Below, piece by piece: positions 45,152 to 55,312 of a stretch of DNA of 64,000 nucleotides (position 1 is the first letter of the stretch; every line of letters begins with the position of its first letter). The DNA lies in contig OX337237.1 in NCBI GenBank assembly GCA_946965045.2, positions 1,054,001 to 1,118,000 on the forward strand, written 5' to 3'. The notes below the pieces were generated by a model. That model did no database searches. It worked only from the letters and a program-made list of their open reading frames with translations, and was not told the DNA's origin. The DNA is from Epithemia pelagica (Eukaryota > Protista > Bacillariophyta). Made by a program: the position numbers and the translations under genes.

Positions 45152-47757
45152 CGGTGCCTCGGGTTGATTGATGAATCAGATAGCTCCTGTATTTTCAGTG
45201 CTTTAAGTTTCACCTATCCGTCTTCTTTCAACCCACCAGCTGTAGGTCCTTCCCGAGTACAGTCGGCCGACCTGACCTCCGAACCTCCAAGACCCAGTCT
45301 CGAGTTACCTCCTATAGTAGGAGTTCCACTTCCCAAAACTCCGACTCCCATGTTCCCCCTTCGATTCTCAGATGAACCAAGACTGTCGATCGAAGATGTG
45401 ACATCCGCCATTGAAACTGTACCTCCTTCAGAGTCACTTGTTCTCGAAAACCGCAAGCGATCCAACTCTGTCCAGTTTTCGGATGAAGTTCAATGCCAAG
45501 AGTTCTTCAAGGTAGATCCGGCAGTACGAGTTTCGATGACACCAAGACCACAAGATACTTCGGAAGTGACGGTTCGTTCAGTTTTACAATCGTCGTCGAT
45601 TCCCTCACAAGATACAGGTGATACCGATGTGATGGAAGGTGAATCCTTAGCGATTGACCCATCAATCAGTCATGACAACCAAGCATTAATCTCAGCAGTC
45701 GCACGAGCGTCAAACGCTGAGAATGCACGCCAGTCGATCCTCGATGATATCTCGACTCCCACACAAAACCCCATTGGCAATCCAAGGGCGTTTGGAGCCC
45801 CATCTCCCAACATTTCCTCTGATCAATCCGGCCGAGCACTGAGTAGAAACCTTGATCGGCTCCAAACTGAAATCAGAACAGGTGAACAGATGTTAGGTGA
45901 GTCCCATGCTCCATCCCCGTCGTCGTCTAGTGCCATTGATGTGGAAGCGAATGAGTTGGCTGAACAGCCGGCATTCCTTCCAAATGATCCGTCGCAAATA
46001 TTCAAGAGGAAAATTCCGCGACCTCCTCTCCAACCTCCCTCCTTGACACACCAACTAGATACAATAGTTGCGATTAGCCAGAGGAAGGTCCCAACTCCGA
46101 AACCGTCTCCATTTGCACATGCAGCAAATGCTGATGCGGCCAACCAAAACTCCCAGTTGATTGCCAAGTTTGACTTTGATTTACAAAGTCTCTTTGATGC
46201 GTTCCCAAACTCCACCATTAGTCCGGGCTCAGAGTTCCGCCAAATTGAAGACATCGAAAAGCTGTTGGGGACACATCCGTTCTGGCCCAAGATTCAAGAG
46301 ATTTTGACGAAGGGTGCGAGTTACACTTTCAAGAACCTTCCTTCGGACACCGACCGCAAGCAAGAGAATGACGCAATCCTTGATTACGGTAATCATGCTT
46401 CTGCCCGTAAAAAACCAGAGGCACTTCGAAAAGTAATGGCGAAGGACGCGAAGTACGGGTATGCCTTTCCCGTTACATTCGATTGCGCGAGACAGCTGAA
46501 GCATGGACGAGCTGGACCACTTGGAGTCGCTCAACATGCAGGGATCGACGAGAAAGGAGAGATCATTCTCAAGGACCGACTGGCGCACGATCAGACTTTC
46601 TCCATGGGCCATGCACCGTCACTCAACAGGTTGGTTGATGAGTCAGTGTTGATTGATTTAGTCTATGGCTGGTGCATTGACAGATTGATACACCAGCTCG
46701 TTGCAATCCGACAGAAACACCCATCGGAACGGATATTGATTTGCAAGTTTGATTGGGGTGCGGCGTATCGACGGATTAACGGAGATGGAATCCTCACCGC
46801 AATGGTGTCAGCTTCAACTTGCTGACTTGCCGTCGCCCCGACCACATATTCATTGCAGATTCTTGTCCCTATGGCATGGGAGGTTTCTCCGTGAAGACGG
46901 GCAAGGCCTGGCGGTGTGAGTTGGACCCCGATATATACGCGTTGGCGGCAACAGCCGAAGAAATGAAGGAGGATGAAGTCTTTGGTCGCCCCGACCACCA
47001 CCTGTCCAACAACCTGTACGAATTTATTTGTCAGGTAGTAACCGTGTGGATTGCTTGTATGGATGGTTCTATCCAAGAAGAAGACAGCATCTTGAGCCTG
47101 TCGGACAGCAGTTCAGCGACAGGATGGCTCCATCGATCCTCCTTCGGCGTCCAAAAATTAAACCATCAACGAGTCTCGGAAAAACTTACCCTCCTGGCAA
47201 TCAACAACAACTTTGCACTCCATCCAGAGCACATACCTGGGCGAATTAACCACGTGACCGATATGTTGTCACGATCGTTTGATTGTTGCGACGAACTCAC
47301 GAAAAAGATTTTGTCTTTATACCCTACCCAGGTACCAGCCAATTTCAAGATTTGCCAACTCCCAAGCGAAATTGTATCATGGCTCTTCTCGGTCGCGACG
47401 CTGCGGCCAGAGTCTTCTTCGGTAAAGTCGAATCCTCCCACGAGGATCTCGACAGAACATGGCGAAGATGGCTCCTCCACCTTGAGCTCTTCAACCTCAC
47501 CGACGATCCCTTTTTGGACGGCATCGCGTCCATTCGGCACCGATCACAGGTCGTCTGCACGTTCATGCAACGACTCCATGACGGAGCTTTCAGCCGAGGG
47601 GTTGAGAAAAATCTACGAGCGGGCACTGTCGAGAAGGCCGTTGGCCACCTGGCATCGAAGTTCAGGAATCACGACAGGGCGAGCCCATGCCATGTCCCGG
47701 GGAGCAACCGCCTCCACCCACTTGTTGAATCGCTCAAACGAGCCTGGAAACACTTAG
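45152..47757 (+). pseudogene. ORF2 pol: RT N-terminus fused out of frame to RNase H, RT catalytic core deleted
   Basis: KDRLAHDQTF..LICKFDWGAAYRRI then jumps at about 46810 to NLLTCRRPDHIFIADSCPYGMGG..NLYEF..SDSSSATGW..HIPGRINHVTDMLSR. No YxDD motif. Confidence 0.85.
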
Positions 47758-48700
47758 ATCCAGAAGAGAAAAGACAAAAAGCGGTGACACCAAAACATCT
47801 TCGTCACACGTTGAGAGAGTATACAAAAAGGGATAGCGATGGACGAAAACCCAGGGACCTTACCTCGTTCAAAGCATGAAACGCTGAATTGGCTTGTGCG
47901 GCTTACTTCACCGCATGCCGAAGTTGCGAGTATTCCACGGTGAAACAACGTGGAAAGACTCGACTGCTGACGATTGGAAACATCGTCTTTAAACGCAACG
48001 ACGAGTTACGTTCCCCAATCGAACCCAACCATCACGACTTCCACACACAAGCCTTCTTCGTCTGCGTAACGTTCGTCTCACAGAAGAACGGAGAAAAATA
48101 CCAAACAAGAACCCAGAGCCGCACCGAGGATCACCTGCTCTGCCCAGTTCGATTGTGGGGCCGCATCATCCGTCGGATTCTCTTTTACCGACCGGACGCT
48201 CCAGCCGACACTCCGGTATATTGTTGGTTTGATCCGCTCGTCCATGCCGCAGGGAAAACGCCCAAACCAAGATTCAGCCGGGCAGAAGATACAATCAAGA
48301 TCCTTCGCGAGTCATGCATTACTGGTGGCGGACTAGCAAGATTCGGATACCGGCCTCTGGATATTGGAACGCACTCCCTTCGATCCGGAGCAGCGATGGC
48401 GCTATTCCTTGCCAAGACGTCCGTGCTCAAATCATGATCTTGGGTCGGTGGTCCTCAGCGGCGTTCTTGCGATATATACGCCCACAAGTCATGGAATGGA
48501 CGGCTGGTTTATCGACCAGCATGCTTCAGAACCCAGACTTTCGCCACGTCGACCCGTCGTCACGAACAGAAATCACAATGGGAGACGTCGACGCCCTTCA
48601 ATCGAACTTGGAGGCGGCCATCGAATCTCCAGAAGAAATCACCTTCAATGGCTCCGTGGAATTTGCCGACTTCACATCCCAACTCAACCTGGAGTTCTAA
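47283..48700 (+). pseudogene. ORF3 tyrosine recombinase overlapping RNase H; in-frame TGA at 47877-47879 and 1-nt frameshift near 48430
   Basis: AYFTACRSCEY (Arg), GTHSLRSGAA (His-x-x-Arg), IMILGRWSSAAFLRYIR (Trp/Tyr). Confidence 0.9.
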
Positions 48701-49897
48701 GGCCATCGCAATGGCGACTGAGTGGGATCTTTGATGTCAAATCCTTCGTTCAATGGTGTTGGGAGCCATCTTTGGTTCCGGGGCCTTTACGGCACACGCG
48801 TCTACTCCTAGCGTGACTACTGACAACTATGGTGAGACCTGCACGAGGACGGAGCGCCACGATAGCTGCAGGATGTGGTCGCTGGGTCATCCCCTCGTTG
48901 TCTGTCGTGCGTACGTCGTGACGCGGCAGGAATTCGGGAGCAGATGTTCGGACACTCGTGGACGAGCACGCGCGCAGCGCGCACGCGGCCACGGCCAGCG
49001 CGCACCTTTGGTTGGAGCTAGAGAATCGAAACATCGGCGTCAGAGTCGAGCTCACAAATCTTGGGATCAGTGAGCAGAGACTTCGAATTCTGCCATCTCA
49101 AGTGGAGGACTCACGTTAGTCAGTAGCATAAGAGATTCAAAAACTAGCCCCATACCCGCCCTTGGGAGCCATCTTTGGTTCCGGGGCCTTTACGGCACAC
49201 GCGTCTCCCCCCGACTTTGGGGGGGGCCCAGGCAGGCGAAGGGGGAAAGGGAAGGGGAAAGGAAGGACTTGCCATAGGATGAGGGATTCCACTTCCTAAC
49301 GGGAAACCGATATAACCGTCGCCAATTTTTAGTCTTGGTATATCTTGAGTACACTAATTTCTATAGTGATCATTTTTCGTGGAGGGAGTTAAATGAGGAA
49401 TGACAAATCCCCCGCGGCTGTGGGACTGGGCATAATTCGAACTTTCTAACTACCCAATCAAATCTTGCCATAAAAAAATGAGCGACAGAAACAGACAGAT
49501 CCTCAGTACCAAGCTTTCTACACAGGAATCACGTATGTACATGGCTACGTGAAATTTGTACCGGAAAATCGCTTGATTCTCAGTATAACACAAACAGTAG
49601 TACCAAAGACCGTGGACATCTCACCATCCACATTTCATTCCTCATAATTGGTAACAAAAACCAGTGATTACACCGAAGACACAACACCATCATCACTCCA
49701 TCCGTTCCCACCACCATAGCGTTCCCACCACCATAGCGTTGCCATTGCGTTGTCATACCGTTGTCATCATCACCAACAACAACAACAAGCCGAAAGCCAC
49801 AGCGGCACAGAAAGTAAGTGTTTCCCTCGCCGATGGATGTGATGACAACAGTAACTAACCTTTGCTTTCTTCCATGTTTACAGGAAAAGTGGAGTGC

Positions 49898-50092
49898 AGT
49901 AAGGCCGTTCCCAAAACGGACCCGAAACCAAATCGAAAAGTAAGGCCGTTCCCAAAACGGACCCGAAACCAAATCGACAAGTAAGGCCGTTCCCAAAACG
50001 GACCCGAAACCAAATCGAACAGTAAGGCCGTTCCCAAAACGGACCCGAATTCATTCTTTCAGTAAGGCCGTTTTAACGGACCCGAAACCAAA
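49898..50092. repeat. Five tandem copies of a 40-41-bp unit (gtaaggccgttcccaaaacggacccgaaaccaaatcga...)
   Basis: gtaagg starts at 49899, 49940, 49981, 50022 and 50062. Each unit has a CCGTT..AACGG inverted pair. The array ends about 15 nt before ATG 50108. Confidence 0.95.
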
Positions 50093-50107
50093 GTCCGGCC
50101 ATTAACC

Positions 50108-51394
50108 ATGGCCCGGGACCGTCGACCCAAGGCGCCTCCAAAGGCGGCCTCAACAACATCCACGGCAGCAACCGCTGCTGTGAAATCTGAATCTCGTCCC
50201 AAAAAACGGGAACAAGAGGACGATGACAACTTTTCGATCTCGACTCCTATCCCGAAAAAGAAATCCAGGACGAAAGCGCCTGTGGATTCGGAGGAGGAAG
50301 AGGAGAACGAATCCGATGATGAAAACTCAGTCGTACCAATCGACAAACCTCCCAAAAAGAAGGGGGACTCCTCAAAAACGGCCGCCTTGAAAAAGGATGA
50401 GTCGGATGAAGAGGAAGACGACGACGAAGTCGAAGATGACTGTCCTATATTCGAGGACAAGACTCTCGCTTTGTCCAACTACCTCCCCCGCCATCGGACC
50501 AAAGTCAATAATTTTATGAACGAAAACGTTACGGCTTCCGCGGCGATCGCATTGGCAAATGCCATTGACGAGAATGTATGGTTCCCGCTGGGTCAAACGA
50601 CTCCTGGCGCGGATCTATACGGGTTCAGCCTGATTGCTCAGGCCAACAAGGTGCCGTTGAAAGAAGACGAGACGCTAGCAATGGCTATGAACAACCGCAT
50701 TACGTCGTTGATCAAGCCTTTGTACAATTTTCAGAAAATCGAAGAAGCCAAGTTTAACTTGAGCGATTACAGCATCCCCACTCCAGTGGTGGTTGTCTTC
50801 CCGAGCAAAGGCGATGCCAAATACAAAGGCTTTGCTGTTTGTGGATCATGGATCTACGTTGCCAAAGAGAAGTACACGATGGAAGCAACCCAGCAGAACT
50901 TTTTGAATCTGGGTTACATGGAAATCGTGAACGAGAAAGGCGATCGTGTTCGTCACAAACACAGCCGATCCAAATTGGAAGAGACGACAAGGCGCCTCGA
51001 ACAGGCTGTCACGAGTCTAGAGAACAGTGTCTTGGACATCAACACTGCCCATTTGGAATCGAGCATCAAAACGGAAGACACCACTCGGCGCCTCGAAGAG
51101 GCTGTCGCTGGATTGGTGTCGAGTACGAGCTCGATCTTAGAGAAGCTTGAACAAGGGACAAACAAGCCCTCCGGTTCATCTGAAGCTACTCTTGCCGAGT
51201 CTCCCGACTCCAAGGGAAAGGTTGGACCTCCTCCGGAAGCAGAAGGACCGGAACAGACCGACGAGGATATGATTCCTACCATTCCTTCTCCAGCACCGGA
51301 AGCGGAAGCGAAATCGACCCCTCCCAAACCCACGGTTATCAACATCAGCCGAGGTGAAGTTGTTCTACAGAAGGGACAAATGCTCCGTGTCTGA
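50108..51394 (+). CDS. Intact 428-aa orphan ORF inside the nested element (K/E/D-rich N-terminus, globular core, duplicated coiled coil)
   Basis: ATG in ACCATGG context, no disruptions; LEETTRRLEQAV and TEDTTRRLEEAV form an internal repeat. Confidence 0.75.
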   Translation: MARDRRPKAPPKAASTTSTAATAAVKSESRPKKREQEDDDNFSISTPIPKKKSRTKAPVDSEEEEENESDDENSVVPIDKPPKKKGDSSKTAALKKDESDEEEDDDEVEDDCPIFEDKTLALSNYLPRHRTKVNNFMNENVTASAAIALANAIDENVWFPLGQTTPGADLYGFSLIAQANKVPLKEDETLAMAMNNRITSLIKPLYNFQKIEEAKFNLSDYSIPTPVVVVFPSKGDAKYKGFAVCGSWIYVAKEKYTMEATQQNFLNLGYMEIVNEKGDRVRHKHSRSKLEETTRRLEQAVTSLENSVLDINTAHLESSIKTEDTTRRLEEAVAGLVSSTSSILEKLEQGTNKPSGSSEATLAESPDSKGKVGPPPEAEGPEQTDEDMIPTIPSPAPEAEAKSTPPKPTVINISRGEVVLQKGQMLRV

Positions 51395-51784
51395 AAGGGC
51401 ATCAGGCATTTTGCCATTGTCCCCAACAAGGACTATGTCACAAAACTCCTACAAAAAGAAGAACAACGACGCAGGGAAATGGCAAACGCCGCCCTCAACC
51501 CGAATTCACACCATGTCCATGCGTCTCGCCGTTGAAGAACGACGAAAAACCCTATCCTACTCCAATTTGTTATTGGAGTGGTATTTGTCATGCCACTCTA
51601 CAAATGGGGAAGAACATACGAATGGGGTAAACCTACTACTTGGAATTACTCTGTAAATCCTCGATACTAATATTGCTGTTTCAACACAGTCGATATCTCT
51701 GATAGGACTTGAAATTTTTCACGTGCTTATTATATTACTGACGATGGAAACTAAAGAAGACTCTGACGAAGTGTTGATTTAGAG

Positions 51785-51878
51785 GGGCCATGTAATCACA
51801 TGGACTCCGATGAAGAAGGCAGGGCCACGTTCTCTCGTGGACTCTGAACGAAGAAGGGCCATGTACTTACATGGACTC
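51785..51878. repeat. Three 23-nt hairpin repeats (gggcca..tggactc) with compensatory substitutions
   Basis: 51785-51807 ccatgt-aatc-acatgg; 51822-51844 ccacg-ttctct-cgtgg; 51856-51878 ccatgt-actt-acatgg. Confidence 0.85.
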
Positions 51879-53130
51879 TTCCGAACTTTGGGTCCCATTG
51901 TTAATTCTGCGATTGGGACAACCAAGAAGATGAGGTAGGCGTCCGTTCCGATTAGGGCGTCTCACCCATTCTAAAAAAGCTTGACAGCAAATCTGTTGTT
52001 GTGCCTTGGGGCGTTTGGTACGAGCGATGTCTCTCCACGACCACGACGACGCAGATGCCTGTGAGCAAATCTCAATGGGACTCTCTCGAGTGCCCGACAT
52101 TTCAATTGCTTTCCTGACACCCTCAGGAGGAGTATATTTTACCTTATAAGGATTGGTGATCTTGACCGATGAGGGAATACCCGAAGCATCGGAGACACGA
52201 TGCTTGGAGGCCACAGACTTTTTCGCAGGCGTCTGCTTGAATGCTTGAGAAAAAATCGACGGTGCACTCAGGACATCGATACAAACGGGCTCTTCGAAAG
52301 GATTGCCAATAGTATCCTGTGTTTTGGGTTCTTGTTGGGTTGGCACGATGGTTGCAATCTCTGCCGAAGTGTCCAATTCAATGCGATTGGTGCTGATCGT
52401 GTCCACCTCGACACCATCACATTCCATAGAAGGTGGAAGTGAGCACGATAGCTGCGAAGGCGAGGCCGTTGGAGGAACGGACGCCCTACCCGATCGTAAC
52501 TCGTGTGGCAACGGCGTTGGATTATGCCCACACGCCCGACAATAACAACGATCAGACAAAGGACTTGTCTCCACTTCGGCTTCTCTCTGGAGTTGCTCCG
52601 ACAAGTACTGGGCGAAGAAACGCTCACCGTTGTCTTCGGGGAGAGGACGAGCATAGTCGAAGGGTGACACCGGATAACCAATGGATTCAGCCAATCCATT
52701 GGCGAAAGTCAAGTCACTATGATTGAAAAACTCGGGATGGTTCTTCCATCCTGAAGGAACATTGGGGCGAGAAACACTCGACTCCTCCGCCATACGGATC
52801 TTGTGACAAATCTTGGTGTTGTAACGGGCAGTGCCCACCAGATTCAATGTATCACACAGATCCGCCCTCATTCCGCAATTAGCGAAGTGGGCCAACTGGT
52901 CGTGGTACTGCTCGACCTTGGACTCACATCGTAACGAGATATATTCGTTGCACTCGTGTTTTGTGGAAGGTGTTGGTTTGATTACACGATAAGTTTCGTG
53001 TAAAGGCAGGGCATCCTGGATGTGGACTGCGTTCTTCATCTGTTCGGTCACGGCGGTCTTCGTGTCGACAGTGAACAGCTTCTTACCAGTACTCGATACT
53101 TCATTCGGTCCTGTGCTCTCGCTGCTGCGT
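51867..53130 (-). pseudogene. 5'-truncated Zisupton/KDZ-like transposase C-terminus
   Basis: GKKLFT..AVHIQD..LRCESKVEQYHDQLAHF..GTARYN parallels, from memory, the Zisupton HI.CIQDP..RGSTSLESFH.HL.RF..G..RWN block around the last catalytic Glu. CYCRAC motif downstream. Confidence 0.6.
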
Positions 53131-53978
53131 TAGCGTCAACGTAGCAGCGGAAGAAGAAAGGATCCAGAGTCGACTTGATGCCGCCCTTCGTCCGTTGGGT
53201 CGTCTCCGGAGAGACGCCCTTTTGGCCAGTAAAGCCCATATTAGAATCCTCTTTGTCCATCCCTCTTGGTTTTGTTTTTGTTTTTAGAATTATGAGAATA
53301 GTCGTGCGTTGTGCGTTTTTTAGAGAGCTGAGGAGGGAATTTTTCGTGTTGGCATTTTCTGGTGAACTCGGTGGGGAATCGGCATGTTCCGAATTCCTTC
53401 CGACCGGGACCACCGACTTTGAAATATTGAATAGTGTTACTTAGATGTTTTTTATAGCTAATTGGATCGCAATTGGATTTTTTTAGACTAATTATTAGTG
53501 TTGATCCGACAGTTGGTTGACAGTTGGAGGATAGTGATAGGGGGGAAAAGGCACCAATCAGATCGCTGCCTGAGGAAACTGCACCCCTCCCCCCAGCGTG
53601 ACTACTGACAACTATGGTGAGACCTGCACGAGGACGGAGCGCCACGATAGCTGCAGGATGTGGTCGCTGGGTCATCCCCTCGTACTGCACGACACGTAGC
53701 AAAGACACGTAAATGGACCACGTCTATGACGGATCAATCGTACTACACACCAACGCCGTGCACATCAGCAGATGGGAGATGGAGACAGTCTCACAAATTT
53801 CAAGACCGGATCGATAGATGGCATCTCTGGCGTTTCACGACAAGAGCATCAGCACAGTCGCAACAACAGCAACAACAACAACGACCTCAATACCATCCTC
53901 AACCAAATCGTCAAGGCAACAAGATATTATGTGCGCTGAAAAGATCTTTCTCTTCAACAAGGAAGCCATTGGCTTTAC

Positions 53979-54677
53979 ATGAAGTTCAAATCGGCCGCCA
54001 TTCGATTGTCCGAGGCCATGTCCATGATTGAACAAGAATACGCCGATACGCCACAACACCACCACCAACAACAACAACAACACAAGAGCATGGACGAGGA
54101 GAGCCTGACAAAACGAGCAGAAGAAGATCAAATGGAGTGGGAATGTGATCCCTCCAACTTTGAATCCTTTTTTGTGCCCCGTTGTTCCCCTCGGAAAGAA
54201 CAGGATTGGTCGACCACCATTCCAGGAGACCATCACTTGCGTTCCTTCTCTCTCTTTGACAAGGCCTTGACCATTCCATCTCACTTGTGCCCCGATCGAG
54301 ATCGCGATTACACCGTGATCTGTTGCATCCTGCTCTACAACTATGGCTTGAGTAATCACTTGATGGGGCTTGTGAGTGGAAGTGACGACCGATTGGAAGA
54401 GGCTCTCTTGTCCTACGAAATGGCCTTGGGCTTTGTCAGTGTCGTGGAACAAGGCACATTGCCACTCGTCCTCGAATTGGCCCTGCTCAACAATTGCAGT
54501 CACATTCACAGTCTACACTTTTCGACGTGGAATGTCCATGCCTGTCTCCAACGAATGCACATGCTCCTCATGACATTGTACATGACTCGCAAGGTTCCTC
54601 AAACGGAGCTGTCTCCCTTCTCGGTCAACGTGGTCTACAATGCTGGACAATACGAACGACCGGCACCAGCAGCCTGA
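53979..54677 (+). CDS. Diatom-family helical (TPR-like) uncharacterised protein
   Basis: CILLYNYGLSNHL..LEEALLSYEMAL..LALLNNCSHIH; intact 232-aa ORF. Confidence 0.75.
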   Translation: MKFKSAAIRLSEAMSMIEQEYADTPQHHHQQQQQHKSMDEESLTKRAEEDQMEWECDPSNFESFFVPRCSPRKEQDWSTTIPGDHHLRSFSLFDKALTIPSHLCPDRDRDYTVICCILLYNYGLSNHLMGLVSGSDDRLEEALLSYEMALGFVSVVEQGTLPLVLELALLNNCSHIHSLHFSTWNVHACLQRMHMLLMTLYMTRKVPQTELSPFSVNVVYNAGQYERPAPAA

Positions 54678-55312
54678 ATCAACTACCGTTCCTTTTGTCT
54701 TGATGTGATCCTTTCTCGGTGTACAACCAGTTCATGATCATCTTGCTTGGGTTGTTTGCATTTGCATATACGTGTACACCATTATGGACGTTTGGTACCC
54801 TTTTTCCTTGCTCCAGAAGGTGTTGTCAGTGTTGGACTCACTACGGTCGACCCGTTGCATCACTGCTCTCTCTCTGTCTCTTCCAGTCGACTCACGGCGG
54901 TGAACAAGAGTGTCGATGGAACAACCATTTTGTTTCCTACCACCAACTGTGTGAAGCAGGCTCTAATCTCAATGCAGTCCTAAAAACACAGCCATTCTTC
55001 CTAGAAACAGTAAAAACCTTTTTTATCATGGCGTGAACTCGCGAAGTACAACAGCATTGAATATGGTCTCGCGGAGGTAGCCGCCGAAAGTATGCGAGCT
55101 TTCTGGATCACGATGTCACGACGTGTCCCTCTCCTCCTCCCCCTCTTTTGGACCTGCCTGGTTCGGAAAAGGAGGCCGACACCGACGCCCACCAAAATAA
55201 AGTAGCCTTTTTGGTATTGGTGTTGTGATAACTGTGAACAATAGTACAATAAACACGACGAGTGCTATTAAGTTGTGTGTGCAATGTGAGGACTCCTTTG
55301 ACTGCTACTAGT

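Larger units (their letters stand above)
49213..53586 (-). mobile_element. 4,374-bp nested insertion with 8-bp TSD CTCCCCCC; Zisupton/KDZ-like DNA transposon derivative
   Basis: CTCCCCCC at 49205-49212 and 53587-53594. Removing the insert and one copy restores B2. Carries a transposase-like C-terminal fragment. No clean TIR found. Confidence 0.75.
42157..53682 (+). mobile_element. Ngaro-type (DIRS order) tyrosine-recombinase retrotransposon, A1-ORF1-ORF2-ORF3-B1A2B2, with B2 split by a nested insertion
   Basis: A1 42157-42404 and A2 48898-49145 (248 bp, one mismatch seen). B1 48759-48897; B2 49162-49212 plus 53595-53682 (139 bp each). Gag-like, RT/RNase H and YR ORFs lie between. Confidence 0.92.

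Noticed and set aside
42157-49145. LTR retrotransposon with A1/A2 as LTRs
   Set aside because: No TG..CA ends, TSD or DDE integrase. A tyrosine recombinase and split B repeats are present.
49213-53586. hAT assignment from the 8-bp TSD
   Set aside because: No TIRs and no hAT dimerisation or BED motifs; the protein motif fits Zisupton/KDZ better.
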